Source: Candidatus Poribacteria bacterium (GTDB lineage Bacteria; Poribacteria; WGA-4E; PCPOR2b). Taken from it: 64,000 bases of DNA. Both the position numbers and the translations under genes were made by a program. Where the stretch lies: contig OZ220744.1 in NCBI GenBank assembly GCA_965116925.1, positions 3,488,001 to 3,552,000 of the forward strand, written 5' to 3'. Of the stretch, positions 51,069-61,109 are shown one piece after another (position 1 is the stretch's first letter; the number at the start of each line of letters is the position of its first letter). The notes under the pieces are model-generated. The model saw nothing but the letters and a program-made list of their open reading frames with translations, had not been told where the DNA came from and did no database searches.

Positions 51069-51488
51069 ATGCCAACCCTTGAAGAACACCGTCAAAAATG
51101 TGATGCAGCCAAATCCGCTCAACTCGTCCTGCAAGCAGCAGATCCAAACGAACACGCAGATTGGATTGTTATCACCGCGTTCTATCAAGCATTACACTGG
51201 GTTGATGCGTTTTTCGCGTTTTATGACTACCATCCGGCAGCACATGGTATCTCCTATGACGAAGAGGAGGATGTGACTGACCCTGGACGCAATGAAGCCG
51301 TTAGAAAACATAGAGATCTTAGACCAATCCGTCATAGCTATTTTAACCTCTACGACGCGAGTATTGATGCTCGCTATGAACCAGAAACCTACAAAGACGA
51401 TCCCGATATAGTCGAAGCATTGCTTGAGGAAGATTTAGCTTTAATAGTTACACACATAAATGAGTTGATTCACCAATCCCAAGCCTAA
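51069..51488 (+). CDS. HEPN-like toxin
   Basis: DWIVITAFYQALHWVDAFF, SIDARY. Confidence 0.6.
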   Translation: MPTLEEHRQKCDAAKSAQLVLQAADPNEHADWIVITAFYQALHWVDAFFAFYDYHPAAHGISYDEEEDVTDPGRNEAVRKHRDLRPIRHSYFNLYDASIDARYEPETYKDDPDIVEALLEEDLALIVTHINELIHQSQA

Positions 51489-51516
51489 CCCTATCGAAAG
51501 AGAGTCCGATGTTACT

Positions 51517-51762
51517 ATGAGTTCTCAAAATGGTTATAAGAAGTGCTATACCGCCTATATCGCTCAAGAGGACGGTTGGTGGGTTGGCTGGGTTCAAGGA
51601 GTTCGGGGCGTAAATTGTCAAGAGAGAACCAGAGAGGAACTTCTTGATACCTTGCGAGTTACCCTTCCCGAAATTTTGGAGTACGATAGACAGGGATACG
51701 ATCAAGTTGGATTTGTCCGCACGCCTGAGCCTCACTTTGAGCTGGTTACGATTCAGTTATGA
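51517..51762 (+). CDS. hicB: HicB-family antitoxin
   Basis: EDGWWVGWVQGVRGVNCQERTREELL. Confidence 0.85.
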   Translation: MSSQNGYKKCYTAYIAQEDGWWVGWVQGVRGVNCQERTREELLDTLRVTLPEILEYDRQGYDQVGFVRTPEPHFELVTIQL

Positions 51763-51944
51763 GACGACGGGCACTCGAACGGCATCTCAGACGGCATGGT
51801 TGTGTCCTAGAGAGAGAAGGTAAACACTCTATCTGGAAAAATCCAGAGTTTAATGTTATCAGTGCTGTGCCAAGACACACTGAAATACCAAGAGGGACTG
51901 TGAGGGCGATTTGCCGTGATTTACGGATTCCGAGTCCCTTTTGA
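51759..51944 (+). CDS. hicA: HicA-family toxin
   Basis: REGKHSIW...VPRHTEI...ICRDL. Confidence 0.9.
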   Translation: MRRRALERHLRRHGCVLEREGKHSIWKNPEFNVISAVPRHTEIPRGTVRAICRDLRIPSPF

Positions 51945-52037
51945 TTTTGCCCATGTTAAGAAATCGTACAACAGCCATCGAATGCGAAAAACTCGGTTAC
52001 TGTTGGCACTCTACACTTCGGCGTGATGGTGTACCTG

Positions 52038-52595
52038 CTAATCCGGCGCAACCGGGGCATAGAGATTCAGCTTCTCTTGGAGATGCCCGAACCCCTTCGC
52101 TTTCGGATAGAACCGCTTCCCCTTCACACATTCCACGATTAATGCCTCATAAAGCCGGCACACCGCCCCAAACGGTAACGGGGTCGTCCTGCCCTCCGAT
52201 TTTTCGTTGATCCGCTCCCGCAACGCTTGGTAAAAGCGGCGTTCCTTCTTTTCGTAGCTCTGCTGGGCGGCGAGTTTCTGGATCAAGCCTTGATGCGGGA
52301 TCACCCCCATAAAGTCGCCCGACTCCTTCATGTAGATCAGCCCCGCCCCCTCCAGTTCCGCGACCCCTCGATAGACACTCCTAAGCGTAATCCCCCAATA
52401 CTCCGCGATCCGCGAATAACTGAGCCGATGCGTGATGCCGCTGGCGAGATTGCAGTTGAAGTTGATGTAGAGATACACCTTCATCGCTGAGTAAGAGAGC
52501 TTGGTGCCGATCGAGTGGATCGCGTTTTCGTGGATGCGCGTGTACCGCAGCGCAACAGTCCGATCTTCTCTGTCCTGGGGATTTTTAGAGTTCAT
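52038..52595 (-). CDS. Winged-HTH protein, putative phage/plasmid replication initiator
   Basis: AMKVYLYI...SYSRIAEYWGITLRSVYRGVAELEGAGLI. Confidence 0.55.
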   Translation of the reverse strand: MNSKNPQDREDRTVALRYTRIHENAIHSIGTKLSYSAMKVYLYINFNCNLASGITHRLSYSRIAEYWGITLRSVYRGVAELEGAGLIYMKESGDFMGVIPHQGLIQKLAAQQSYEKKERRFYQALRERINEKSEGRTTPLPFGAVCRLYEALIVECVKGKRFYPKAKGFGHLQEKLNLYAPVAPD

Positions 52596-53389
52596 CAGAT
52601 CCGCTCCGTGGAGCTTTTATCTTTCAGAGATCGCAGATAGTGGTAAAAGTAAGTGAAGCCGTGGAAGGTGACACGCTCCTGATGCAGCAGCGAGTAGAGG
52701 ACTCGGTTCGTGAGAGCCTTGGAGAAGCCGAGTGCGTCGAGGTCCTCGATGCGAGCGGGGGCGGCGTAGAGTCGGTTCAGGATCGCCCGTTTGCACCGAT
52801 CCCCTTCGCGCGACAGCTTTTCCCCAAACCCGATTTCAATGGAATCGGTCTTTCGCTTCGGCATTACATCCTCCTGATGCACTTTGAACGCAGTAATCCG
52901 TTCCGCAAAAATCTCCGGCGACTGAAACATCGCCTGCACCTCCGCCGCTGCAATCGCCCACTCACGCTGCGAGCAGACAGACATTTTTCGTCCTGATTTT
53001 CGGTCGGGCTGTGAATCCTCGCTGCTGTGAGGATTGGGACAATGGACAGTCTCAGTATCGTCTGCGGCAAACCGTTTCGCATAATACCCCCGCACATCAT
53101 CGGCGGACACCCCATGCCGCTCCAATCTAGCACGCATCGCATTCAGGAACCCGAAGAACCCTCGTCGATCCGCGGCACGCTCATCTGTCCGCGGGGGCGG
53201 TGTGGCGGGGCTCTCATCTGTCGGGGCGACCGTCGTAACCCATCGGTACCCTTTTCGCCCATTAAAGAAAATCGTCCGAATCTCTTCTTCCATCTTTTTT
53301 CTACAACATCCACAAATCCACACGAAAAATAAATCGTAGGGGCAGGATTTCCCCGTCCGTTGCGTAGATTCGCGGATACTGTTCCACAC
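52595..53389 (-). CDS. Hypothetical early protein with a C-terminal wHTH-like part
   Basis: Long ORF coupled to the downstream gene; internal GGAGG-ATG (MPKRK). Start position uncertain. Confidence 0.45.
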   Translation of the reverse strand: MWNSIRESTQRTGKSCPYDLFFVWICGCCRKKMEEEIRTIFFNGRKGYRWVTTVAPTDESPATPPPRTDERAADRRGFFGFLNAMRARLERHGVSADDVRGYYAKRFAADDTETVHCPNPHSSEDSQPDRKSGRKMSVCSQREWAIAAAEVQAMFQSPEIFAERITAFKVHQEDVMPKRKTDSIEIGFGEKLSREGDRCKRAILNRLYAAPARIEDLDALGFSKALTNRVLYSLLHQERVTFHGFTYFYHYLRSLKDKSSTERI

Positions 53390-53583
53390 TTCACGTTTTA
53401 CGTTTCACGTCCGGGAGCCATACCAACCGTCCATCAATTGTCACAGATGAGTGTTTCGAGTGAAAAGTGCATTTTTCGGATTGCCCCTTGAAAAATTTGC
53501 GGAAGTGTGTAATAATAGAGTGTTTGTGGAAAACCATCGCGCTGTGCGAGCGTAAATGTTACTACACACTTCCTTGTTAGCGA

Positions 53584-53612
53584 ATTATATCACTATAAGA
53601 GAAGTGTGTCAA
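53584..53612 (-). promoter_or_regulatory. Consensus sigma70 promoter
   Basis: TTGACA (53612-53607), 17 bp spacer, TATAAT (53589-53584) on the minus strand. Confidence 0.85.
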
Positions 53613-53656
53613 GATAATTTTATGATTAAGCGAACAATTTCTCTTGAGGTGATATT

Positions 53657-54370
53657 ATGAGTCTGTTAATTGATGAACTGATGTTGGAGTGTAAACGGAA
53701 GGGGATAAAAATTACGCAAAAGGATTTGGCTGAAGCTGCAGGGATTGGGCAGACCGCCATCCATAAAATTGTGCGGGGAGACACGCAGGCACCGAAACCG
53801 CAGATTCTGGTAGCTATCGCAGATCGCTTTACAGAAGCACTCAATCGGAAGATCACGGTCGATGACCTGATTGCGAAGGAGGAGACGCCGCCCCGTGCAA
53901 CGTTGGCGACCCCTCGGAATCCGCTCAAGATTTCTAACTGGACACGCTTAGATGAGGCGGAACCGGTGACCGATGACGATTTCGTCGCGATCCCCGTCTT
54001 GGGGGATATCCCATGCGGCGACTTGGATCAGGTGGGTCAAGGAGATATCGTGGGCTATCAGCATGTGTACAGGGACAAAATTGGGAAGGGTCGGTTCTTT
54101 CTGCGTGCCAGAGGCGACTCAATGGCACCGCTCATCCTTGACGGCGATCTGCTACTAATCGAGCCGGGACCGCAGTGGAATAACCGAACCGTCGTCGCGG
54201 TCTACATGGACGGGCATGTGACCTGCAAGCGGCTCTATCTCTACGACCACAGTGCCGCGCTGGTGTCTGCCAATCCGAACTATTCGCCGATTATCGTCAC
54301 GGAGGAGATGATTATCCTGGGGCGGGTGATAAAGATTGAGCGGAACTTGGTCGAGGGCTGGCAACCGTAG
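53657..54370 (+). CDS. cI/LexA-like repressor (XRE HTH plus S24 peptidase)
   Basis: TQKDLAEAAGIGQTAIHKI; IPVLGDIPCG cleavage region; ARGDSM; TCKRL. Confidence 0.9.
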   Translation: MSLLIDELMLECKRKGIKITQKDLAEAAGIGQTAIHKIVRGDTQAPKPQILVAIADRFTEALNRKITVDDLIAKEETPPRATLATPRNPLKISNWTRLDEAEPVTDDDFVAIPVLGDIPCGDLDQVGQGDIVGYQHVYRDKIGKGRFFLRARGDSMAPLILDGDLLLIEPGPQWNNRTVVAVYMDGHVTCKRLYLYDHSAALVSANPNYSPIIVTEEMIILGRVIKIERNLVEGWQP

Positions 54371-54670
54371 GACTATTAAAAGTCGGCACGAATAACTTAG
54401 GCAAAGCTAAAGCCCCAGCGGGGTAACATGTCTATAGGACTTGGCTTTCGCTCCAGCGGAGCGATATGTCTATAGAACGGATGCGTTTATAGTTTCTGCT
54501 TTTGGCAAACATGGTTTTTCACATAAGGAGACCGTCGTTAGGAATATCCCCAACAAACGTATGCCCAAGAAGAATAGCCCTTCCAACGTAGCCGGTGAGA
54601 CGGCTGTAACAATGCACGAGGAGAACATCGTTGTCTGCCAACGCCAAGATGGCTGAATGAAGGAGAGAGG

Positions 54671-55426
54671 ATGACTGAGGAACGAAAGCAGGAATTGAGG
54701 CAATTGCTAGAGGAAGTAATGGAGAGTTTGGAAGTACGATATGGAGCGGTTGACTCTTTCAAGAAACTCTTTTGTCAGACACTATCTTTGGTTTGCAATG
54801 CTCCAGTTCGCATTTTTTATCAAAGATGGTTTTTAGCGGAAGATAAGTCCTTTAATCGACATCACGGAAGCAGGGGTATACCTAGACAGAGCAATCTGCT
54901 TGGAACTTCCACTGAAGCTGAGGAGGCTGATATAGCGAAAGCAAGATGCTTGTATGAAATCCTGGACAAAAATCCAGACCTTAGGGACAAATTGCAGATA
55001 CCCATTGATAGATGGATAAAAGCAAAAGCACAGAAGAGAACCATCGGCTGGATAACAGATTGGAATCCACCTAATAAAATTATTGACCTAGGGATAGCCC
55101 TTGAAGCCCTTTTCGTAACACGCGAGGACAGAATATCGAATCAACTTTGTCATCGTGCTTCTTGGTACTTGGGAGAAAATCCAGCGCATCAGCAGGAGTT
55201 AGAGACAGAACTTGAAGCAATATATGACTATCGTTCCACTGTTCTCCATAATAGAGAAGTTGGCGAGACTGTGCAGATTGGGGATCAGTCTGTTTCTATA
55301 TCTGACTTGGTCATAAAAACTCAGAATTTATGTCGGAAATCAATCTTGCAGATTATGGAAGATGGCGATTTTCCCGATTGGAATACCTTGAGACAGAGAG
55401 CCAAAGCGAAATGGGCAAGCAACTGA
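54671..55426 (+). CDS. Apea-like HEPN domain protein
   Basis: IDLGIALEALF...IYDYRSTVLH (RxxxxH). Confidence 0.75.
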   Translation: MTEERKQELRQLLEEVMESLEVRYGAVDSFKKLFCQTLSLVCNAPVRIFYQRWFLAEDKSFNRHHGSRGIPRQSNLLGTSTEAEEADIAKARCLYEILDKNPDLRDKLQIPIDRWIKAKAQKRTIGWITDWNPPNKIIDLGIALEALFVTREDRISNQLCHRASWYLGENPAHQQELETELEAIYDYRSTVLHNREVGETVQIGDQSVSISDLVIKTQNLCRKSILQIMEDGDFPDWNTLRQRAKAKWASN

Positions 55427-55533
55427 ACTTTCAGGTTGGGAGTATGTCAGATATGGAAAAACAGGTTGCTTTGAACCCCGATTCCAGCATCGGGGGCGGT
55501 ATTTACGTGACGAAGCGTTGAGTGGGGGAAGAT

Positions 55534-56397
55534 ATGACGAATAACCAATCTCAAAAGGCGGACACCTCAATCCGTCACTATTTTATAGATGAAGGCGGCG
55601 ATGGCACACTGTTCTCCAGCAAGGGGAAAGTGCTGATTGAAACAGAGGGTTGTTCCCGCTTTTTTATCCTCGGCTTACTGGATGTACCAGACCCAGCAAC
55701 ATTACAGCAGAACTTTGAGGACCTGCGGGCACGATTGATGAGCGATCCATACTTTGAGGGTGTGCCATCAATGCAAGCCAAGTGGCAGAAAACAGCGGTT
55801 TTCTTTCATGCGAAAGACGACGTGCCTGAAGTGCGTAGGGAAGTTTTTAGACTTTTGCGTGACACCCAAGGATTGCGTTTCTTTGCTGTCGTTGCTGACA
55901 AGTGGCATGTGTTAGATTATGTCCGGCAACAAAACGAAAGCAATCCTGACTATCGCTATCACCCCAACGAACTTTACGACTATCTGATACCGCGTTTATT
56001 TAAGGAAAGGTTACACCAAAGTAGTGAATATCATATTACCTTCTCGAAGCGGGGAAAATCCGACCGTACCGCTGCCTTACGTCAGGCACTTCAAATCGCC
56101 CGGGACCGCTTTGCCAAACAGCATAATGTGATAAGCAATGCTTCTCTACAAGTATCCGAGGCAAAGCCAAAAGCACAAGCCAGTTTACAGGCTGTGGATT
56201 ATTTCATCTGGGCATTACAGCGACTCTATGAGCGTGGTGAGGAAAGGTATGTGAACTATCTACGGCATACTTTTCGGTTGGTTCAGGATATTGATGATAG
56301 ACGCAAGGCGGGTTATGGCGTGTATTACACACAAAAAAAGCCGCTCAACGCGGCGGCTTTGGAGTGGAGACGGGGAAATAAAAAGCCAAGGATATAG
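55534..56397 (+). CDS. DUF3800 domain protein
   Basis: YFIDEGGD, FHAKDD, SLQAVDYFIWAL. Confidence 0.8.
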   Translation: MTNNQSQKADTSIRHYFIDEGGDGTLFSSKGKVLIETEGCSRFFILGLLDVPDPATLQQNFEDLRARLMSDPYFEGVPSMQAKWQKTAVFFHAKDDVPEVRREVFRLLRDTQGLRFFAVVADKWHVLDYVRQQNESNPDYRYHPNELYDYLIPRLFKERLHQSSEYHITFSKRGKSDRTAALRQALQIARDRFAKQHNVISNASLQVSEAKPKAQASLQAVDYFIWALQRLYERGEERYVNYLRHTFRLVQDIDDRRKAGYGVYYTQKKPLNAAALEWRRGNKKPRI

Positions 56398-56632
56398 GAT
56401 TGCGCGAACCGCAGCCCGACAATCACACGGCATGGAGCCGAATTTTGTCCCTGGCAAGTGCTATTATAAATGAATCCCAATTAAATGTCAAGGCATTTTT
56501 CGTTTTTCCTGACCAACCGTTGCCATTGACGGCTTTGGAGTGGAGACGGGGAAATAAAAAGCCAAGGATATAGGATTGCGCGAACCGCAGCCTGACAATC
56601 ACACAGATGAACCCGAATTTTGTCCCGAGCAA
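56354..56632 (+). repeat. Two ~100-bp direct repeats at the 3' end of the DUF3800 gene (candidate ncRNA)
   Basis: 56354-56457 and 56530-56632 are near-identical. Confidence 0.8.
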
Positions 56633-56846
56633 CTCGCGTCATTAAAAATAAAAATCAAACCTTTTTTTAGGTAGAGTGTGATATGTACAAATGTCACCCC
56701 TATGCCAATCTGTCGGGACGAAACGACAGAAATTTTGGTGTCCCTTCGTAAATAAGAGGTGAGAGCAAGGGTTAGAGATTTTAACACACAAAAAGATCCG
56801 AAACACCATCCCCACCCATGACACCTAAAGAAAGGCAACATTCCAG

Positions 56847-58694
56847 ATGAAAATAGCCGCGACATTACTTACACTTCTAATTCTATCCTCACCAAACACC
56901 CCCACCCAACAGTACATGCAGATGAATCTCCCCAAAGGTGCCGTTGCTCGTCTTGGTAAAGGCTATGTAAGGGAGGTTATGTATTCTCCGGACGGGACTC
57001 TCCTTACTGTTTACGGTTCCATCGGTATTTGGCTCTATGATACAACGACCTATCGAGAAGTTGCTCTGCTCCCCGCTGAACCAGGTTGGATGCATAGTAT
57101 AGCGTTTAGCCCGGATGGTGCCACCCTTATCACCACTGGGAGTAGCGACACCACGGTGCGGTTGTGGGACACCGAGACGTGGGAACAGAAGGGCGCGCTC
57201 ACCGGGCATACGAGGGTAATCGTAGGCGCAGCGTTTAGCCCGGACGGCAAGACGTTTGCTAGTTGGGGTTTGGCCGGGACGGTGCGGTTGTGGGATACCG
57301 CGACGTGGGGACAGAAGGGGACACTCACCGGGCATACGGGGTGGGTCACAGGCGTCGTGTTCAGCCCGGATGGTGCGACGGTTGCTAGTAGAAGTAGAGA
57401 CAATAGTGTGCGGCTATGGGATGCGGTGACAGGTGAACAGAAACGGACGCTCACCGGACATACAGAGTGGGTCTCAGACGTAGCGTTTAGCCCTGATGGT
57501 ATGATGGTTGCTAGTGGAAGTAGAGACAATAGTGTGCGGCTATGGGATGCGGTGACAGGTGAACAGAAACGGACGCTCACCGGGCATACAGAGTGGGTCT
57601 CAGACGTAGTGTTCAGTCCAGATGGTGCGACGCTTGCCAGTGGGAGTGAGGACGGTGTGTATCTATGGGATACGGTGACCGGTGAACAGAAGCATGTATT
57701 CACCGGGCATACGGCAGAGGTCAGAAGCGTAGTGTTCAGTCCAGATGGTGCGACGCTTGTCAGTGGGAGTGAGGACGGTGTGTATCTATGGGATGCGGTG
57801 ACCGGTGAACAGAAGCATGTATTCACCGGGCATACGGCAGGGGTTACAAGCGTATCGTTCAGTCCGGATGGGAAGACGCTTGCTAGCGGGAGTTGGGACG
57901 GGGCGGTGAGGCTGTGGGAGGTCAAAACGGCAGAACAGACGCATGTGTTCACCGGGCATACGGCAGGGGTCACAAGCGTATCGTTCAGTCCGGATGGGAA
58001 GACGCTTGCTAGCGGGAGTTGGGACGGGGCGGTGAGGATATGGGAGATCGAAACGAGGGAACAGACGCATGTGCTCACCGGGCATACGGCAGGGGTCACA
58101 AGCGTGGTATTCAGCTCGGTGGGTACGACGCTCGCTAGCGGGAGTTGGGACGGGACGGTGAGGCTGTGGGAGGCCAAAACGGGAGCACAGACGCAGCTGT
58201 TCACCGGACATACGGCAGAGGTCACAACCGTATCGCTCAGTCCTGATGGCGCGACGCTTGCCAGTGGGGGTCGGGACGGGATGGTGAGGATATGGAAGGT
58301 CAGAACGGAAGAACAGACGCACGTGTTCGCCGGGCATACGGCAGGGGTCACAAGCGTGTCGTTCAGTCCTAATGACGCGACGCTTGCCAGTGGGGGTTGG
58401 CACGGGCCGGTGAGGATATGGGATGTCGAAGTGGGAGTACAGAAGCAGGTATTCACCGAGTATGTGGGTTGGGCAGATACCGTAGCGTTCAGTCCGGATG
58501 GCACGACGCTTGCCAGTGGCTGCGGGGAATCCTTTGATCAAACGGTGCAGTTGTGGGATGTCAAAAAGGCAGAACAGAAGCGGCGGTTGACTGGACATAT
58601 GGGTGGAATTCAGAGCGTAGCGTTCAGCCCGGTTGAAAAAGTCCTTGCCAGTGGGAGTACCGATGGGACAGTGCTCCTGTGGAAAGTTCATTAG
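56847..58694 (+). CDS. Secreted WD40-repeat protein
   Basis: Signal peptide; GH...FSPDG...LWD repeats. Confidence 0.95.
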   Translation: MKIAATLLTLLILSSPNTPTQQYMQMNLPKGAVARLGKGYVREVMYSPDGTLLTVYGSIGIWLYDTTTYREVALLPAEPGWMHSIAFSPDGATLITTGSSDTTVRLWDTETWEQKGALTGHTRVIVGAAFSPDGKTFASWGLAGTVRLWDTATWGQKGTLTGHTGWVTGVVFSPDGATVASRSRDNSVRLWDAVTGEQKRTLTGHTEWVSDVAFSPDGMMVASGSRDNSVRLWDAVTGEQKRTLTGHTEWVSDVVFSPDGATLASGSEDGVYLWDTVTGEQKHVFTGHTAEVRSVVFSPDGATLVSGSEDGVYLWDAVTGEQKHVFTGHTAGVTSVSFSPDGKTLASGSWDGAVRLWEVKTAEQTHVFTGHTAGVTSVSFSPDGKTLASGSWDGAVRIWEIETREQTHVLTGHTAGVTSVVFSSVGTTLASGSWDGTVRLWEAKTGAQTQLFTGHTAEVTTVSLSPDGATLASGGRDGMVRIWKVRTEEQTHVFAGHTAGVTSVSFSPNDATLASGGWHGPVRIWDVEVGVQKQVFTEYVGWADTVAFSPDGTTLASGCGESFDQTVQLWDVKKAEQKRRLTGHMGGIQSVAFSPVEKVLASGSTDGTVLLWKVH

Positions 58695-58789
58695 TTCATC
58701 ATGTTAAGCCCAAGCATGGGCTATTAAAGTTACGGTACACGGAGTGGGTCTACTACTTTTTTGACATTTACAGAAAGGGATTTTTTCGG

Positions 58790-59743
58790 ATGAAAATAAC
58801 AGCGACATTACTTATGCTTCTGATTCTTTTCTCATCGAACACTCTTGCCAACACAGCGGTATACAAAGATGAATTCGTCGGACATCCTGAAGGTGTTAAT
58901 AGCGTGGCATTCAGCCCGGATGGGAAGCTACTCGCGAGTGGGAGTTGGGACAAGACGGTGCAACTGTGGGCTGTCAAAACGGGCGAACAGAAGTGGCTGC
59001 TCACTGGACACATGGCGTCGGTCATTAGCGTGGCGTTTAGCCCGAAAGGCAAGTTGCTTGCCAGTGGGAGTGCGGACAAGACAGTCCGATTGTGGGACAC
59101 AGCAAGAGGCACACCCAAGCAGATGCTCACCGGCCATACGGACGCGGTCACAAGTGTGACGTTTGATCAGGATGGGAGGACCCTTGCCAGCGGGAGCGCG
59201 GACAAGACAATCCGACTGTGGAATGTCGAAACAGGTGAACTGACACAAACACTCACCGGACATACAGACGCTGTCCATAGCGTGGCGTTCAGTCGAGATG
59301 GGGGTATGCTTGCCAGTGGGAGTAAGGATAAGACAGTACGACTGTGGGATGCCGAAACAGGTGAACTGATACAAACACTCACCGGACATACGGAAGGGGT
59401 TCACGGCATAGCGTTCAGTCGAGATGACAAGGTGCTTGCTAGTGGAGGTTCGGACAAGATCGTGTGGCTGTGGGATACCAAAACGTGGAGACCGAAGGGA
59501 CGGATCATCGGTCATACAGACTATGTGACGAGCGTCGCATTCAGTCCGAAGGCGAGTGTGCTTGCCAGCGGGTGTGTGGACAAGACGGTGCAACTATGGG
59601 ATGCCAAAACAGGCGGACATCTACAGCGGCTTACGGGCCATGGAGATTGGGTGACGAGCGTCGCATTCAATCCCGATGGCAATGTACTAGCCAGTGGGGG
59701 TGCAGACGGGACGGTGCTTTTGTGGCGGATGATAACGGATTAA
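58790..59743 (+). CDS. Secreted WD40-repeat protein
   Basis: MKITATLL signal peptide; about 7 WD40 repeats. Confidence 0.95.
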   Translation: MKITATLLMLLILFSSNTLANTAVYKDEFVGHPEGVNSVAFSPDGKLLASGSWDKTVQLWAVKTGEQKWLLTGHMASVISVAFSPKGKLLASGSADKTVRLWDTARGTPKQMLTGHTDAVTSVTFDQDGRTLASGSADKTIRLWNVETGELTQTLTGHTDAVHSVAFSRDGGMLASGSKDKTVRLWDAETGELIQTLTGHTEGVHGIAFSRDDKVLASGGSDKIVWLWDTKTWRPKGRIIGHTDYVTSVAFSPKASVLASGCVDKTVQLWDAKTGGHLQRLTGHGDWVTSVAFNPDGNVLASGGADGTVLLWRMITD

Positions 59744-59872
59744 ACCGTCCAGCCTCTACCTCGTAGGTTGGGTAGAGCGTTAGCGAAACCCAGCACCAAT
59801 GCCCTGTGCGGGCGAGGCTACCTCGCCCCTCCGAAATCGTAGATTCACACTTACAGAGAGGTGGTATTTCAG

Positions 59873-60826
59873 ATGAGAATCGCGACCGCAACCCTGATGC
59901 TCCTGGTTCTGTTTTCGCCGAACAGTCCCACCGCCACGGAGGCACCCGCAGCGAAACTGATCGGGCACACAGATAGAGTCAAGAGTGTCACATTCAGCCC
60001 AGATGGTAGCCTGCTTGCCAGTGGGAGTTATGACAAGACAGTGTTGCTGTGGGAGGTCAAAACGGGGCGTGAGAAGGGGCGACTCACCGGGCATCAGGGC
60101 GGGATCGCAGCGGTAACGTTCAGCCCGAATGGCAAGCTAATTATCAGTGCGAGTTTGGACGGAACGGTGCGGTTATGGGATACCGAGACAGGCGTACACC
60201 TGCGGACACTCACCGGTCATACGGGTCACGTCCTGAGCCTGGCCTTCAGTCCAGATGGAAAGACGTTTGCCAGTGGGGGTTGGGAGGGGACGGTGCGGTT
60301 GTGGGATGTCGATACGTGGACACATCAGCGGACACTCACCGGGTATACAGGTTGGGGCTTAAGCATCGCGTTCAGTCCAGATGGCACCCTGCTTGCTAGC
60401 GGGAATATAGATTGCTCTGTGCGGTTATGGGATACCGAGTTCTGGGGAGAGAAACGGACGTTTATAACGCATCATAGGGGTATGGTGCATAGCGTGGCGT
60501 TCAGTCCGGATGGAAAGACGCTTGCCAGTGGGGGACGGGGCGAAATTATATGGCTGAAGGACCCGAAAACATGGGAACCGAAGGGAAGGCTCGTTAGGCA
60601 TACGGATAATGTCCATAGCGTAGCGTTCAGTCCAGATGGCGTGACGCTTGCCAGTGGGAGTCGGGACACCACCGTGCGACTGTGGGATGTAGCGACGGGC
60701 GAACCGAAGCGGACCCTCACCGGGCATACAGGGACGGTCGACAGTGTAGCGTTCAGCCCTGATGGGAAAACGCTTGCCAGTGCAAGTTGGGACAAGACGG
60801 TGCTCCTATGGACGGTCGCTGATTAA
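59873..60826 (+). CDS. Secreted WD40-repeat protein
   Basis: MRIATATL signal peptide; about 7 WD40 repeats. Confidence 0.95.
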   Translation: MRIATATLMLLVLFSPNSPTATEAPAAKLIGHTDRVKSVTFSPDGSLLASGSYDKTVLLWEVKTGREKGRLTGHQGGIAAVTFSPNGKLIISASLDGTVRLWDTETGVHLRTLTGHTGHVLSLAFSPDGKTFASGGWEGTVRLWDVDTWTHQRTLTGYTGWGLSIAFSPDGTLLASGNIDCSVRLWDTEFWGEKRTFITHHRGMVHSVAFSPDGKTLASGGRGEIIWLKDPKTWEPKGRLVRHTDNVHSVAFSPDGVTLASGSRDTTVRLWDVATGEPKRTLTGHTGTVDSVAFSPDGKTLASASWDKTVLLWTVAD

Positions 60827-61109
60827 ACCACCCAATACTGTAGGAGGGATCTCCGAATCCCGACCCCTACCGATTTTGTTCATTAGTTCATTAAAAGTAG
60901 TCGTTTGTACCACAATCTGTTAGATTGTGATCCTGCCCCGCAAACTGTTAGTTCGCGCTACATTCTTCAGATTCCCCGATGTCCAATCCGTAGGTCGAGA
61001 TTCACATCTCGACACCCACTGTAGGGGTTGGGTTCCCCAACCCGTCAGGCAAGGAGACCTCGCCCCTACGAAGAGGTAGCTTCACGGCTACAGAAAGCGA
61101 TTATTTCAG

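Noticed and set aside
16740..54370. Ordinary complete inducible prophage
   Set aside because: No integrase, att pair, lysis or fibre genes recognised, and heavy host-repeat interruption. It cannot be fully excluded because genes may lie outside the window.
57050..58504. Long antisense ORFs over WD40 and LRR genes
   Set aside because: Shadow frames produced by repetitive coding on the opposite strand.
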